Positions 25,202 through 26,260 of a DNA stretch of 26,260 nucleotides are shown here, in pieces. The stretch comes from a virus. Lineage: Duplodnaviria; Caudoviricetes. How positions within the stretch are numbered: the stretch's first letter is position 1; every line of letters begins with the position of its first letter. The translations under genes were made by a program, and so were the position numbers. Location: the IMG/VR virus record IMGVR_UViG_3300031565_006736, positions 1-26,260 of that record. One strand, given 5' to 3'. A model generated the notes under the pieces. It was not told the origin of the DNA and searched no databases. It was given only the letters and a program-made list of their open reading frames with translations.

Positions 25202-25884
25202 TCTTCCCTCCCAACTTTCTCAAACCTAGTGTATCCAAGTCCAAACAAAAATATCTTAACAGCATCAATGTGATATGACCGTTCTGCAACTGTGCTATGC
25301 TCAAATACAATTTCCGGATGATATCGCACCAAAATACTTTTTGCACCTTGCAACACGTGATAGTCATATCCATTAGCATCAGTCTTTATGAAATCAACAT
25401 TGGTTTCCACCACAGTGTCCATACTATGGGCAATCGTATGCATGACATTATAATCATGAAATTTGGTTGGCTCGCATACAGTCACAAACCCATGTTGTGT
25501 TCTATCAACTGGAATTTTCAATGTGATGGCTGCCATATTCTGTGCCAATACTATATTATACACCGCAACTTTGTTTGACAATCCATTCAATATAATATTG
25601 GACATCAACAATTCACAAGAATATGGATTTGGCTCAAATGCATATACATGCTTCACATTAGGAAGCCTTGCCAGCAATGTAAACGATCCTGTACCAGCCC
25701 CGACATCCACCATGATGGCATCCTTCATGGTTGCCAACCTGCTATGTACAAACTTTATCAAATCTTGATCATATGCATTTGCAACGCCATCCTCAGATAC
25801 CATACTCCACAGGAATGATCCACCAACTTCTGGAGTTCTATCATCCAAGTGTACAACGAAGTCATCAAACAGGATGCCTTTCAT
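25180..25884 (-). CDS. FkbM-family SAM-dependent methyltransferase
   Basis: VDVGAGTG, VYAFEPN, DFIKTDANGYD..VLQGA. Confidence 0.85.
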   Translation of the reverse strand: MKGILFDDFVVHLDDRTPEVGGSFLWSMVSEDGVANAYDQDLIKFVHSRLATMKDAIMVDVGAGTGSFTLLARLPNVKHVYAFEPNPYSCELLMSNIILNGLSNKVAVYNIVLAQNMAAITLKIPVDRTQHGFVTVCEPTKFHDYNVMHTIAHSMDTVVETNVDFIKTDANGYDYHVLQGAKSILVRYHPEIVFEHSTVAERSYHIDAVKIFLFGLGYTRFEKVGREDWWVSQF

Positions 25885-26260
25885 AGCCATACTCCTCCAT
25901 TCCAGATCCGCATATGCGATCGAATGCATTTTGTTGATCTAAAGTCCAACTTGCATACAAAGTTGCAGGAGACCTGTCTCCTTTGGTTAGTCTGTTCATA
26001 TCATACTCTTGCCAAGACACCAACTCTCCATCATCAAGTTGCAACCCAACATTTTCAACCAGCCTCCTCAGTGCACTTATGTCACCAATGAGATCTTCCA
26101 ACCTATGTACACCAACATACACACCAGGTATAAGATCATTCAACCACTTTGTAACCACAGTGTTTGCTTGCCACATCAAACATATACGTTCCCATTCGCT
26201 CCATTCATGCCAGTCCTGGCCAGGCCTGGACAGCATGTCCCAATATCTATGTAGCATATA
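25865..26260 (-). CDS. C-terminal fragment of a sulfotransferase-like (P-loop) protein, truncated by the window edge
   Basis: Frame is open at the edge; W...N, RLEDL and W......F..ICG..M..YGY are typical of sulfotransferase C-termini; the PAPS-binding loop is not visible. Confidence 0.5.
   Translation of the reverse strand, partial: YMLHRYWDMLSRPGQDWHEWSEWERICLMWQANTVVTKWLNDLIPGVYVGVHRLEDLIGDISALRRLVENVGLQLDDGELVSWQEYDMNRLTKGDRSPATLYASWTLDQQNAFDRICGSGMEEYGYERHPV

Noticed and set aside
10-26254. Numerous plus-strand ORFs in the six-frame track (e.g. 763-1524, 8897-9541, 14333-15022)
   Set aside because: They are antisense shadows of well-supported, tightly packed minus-strand genes, with no recognisable motifs
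1-26260. Alternative genetic code / stop-codon reassignment
   Set aside because: Standard-code ORFs are full length with high coding density, and TAA, TAG and TGA are all used as genuine stops

Overview
This is a fragment of a tailed dsDNA bacteriophage genome, with no cellular housekeeping context. All credible genes lie on the minus strand and are tightly, often translationally, coupled. In transcription order (right to left) it holds five blocks. (1) A glycan-tailoring cluster: a partial sulfotransferase-like gene, an FkbM methyltransferase, two paralogous DxD glycosyltransferase-like genes, a hexapeptide acetyltransferase and a GT2. (2) A replication/recombination block: an Nmad1/DUF1599-like gene, a UDG-PolA fusion with an HNH intein in the UDG active-site motif, UvsY-like, an amino-methyltransferase, gp32-like SSB, RecA/UvsX, a 5'-3' exonuclease and a Holliday junction resolvase, interleaved with two more GT2s and a radical SAM/SPASM gene. 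(3) Three unrelated toxin-like proteins (two clear R-S-E ADP-ribosyltransferases and one DUF3626-like) that share an identical 20-aa peptide, (IK)GGPGSGNYGHAGRPGLVGGS, near their N-termini and sit around a probable small terminase. (4) A radical SAM plus GT-B pair and the large terminase. (5) Small genes and a structured non-coding region containing an atypical tRNA-like cloverleaf. The best candidate for a novel system is the shared-tag polymorphic ART effector set, possibly a capsid-loading signal cleaved after Lys. Other highlights are a four-copy intergenic 17-bp motif, a Trp at PolA position 762, apparent CpG depletion and several unannotated micro-ORFs. All family names come from motif recognition by eye, not from database searches.
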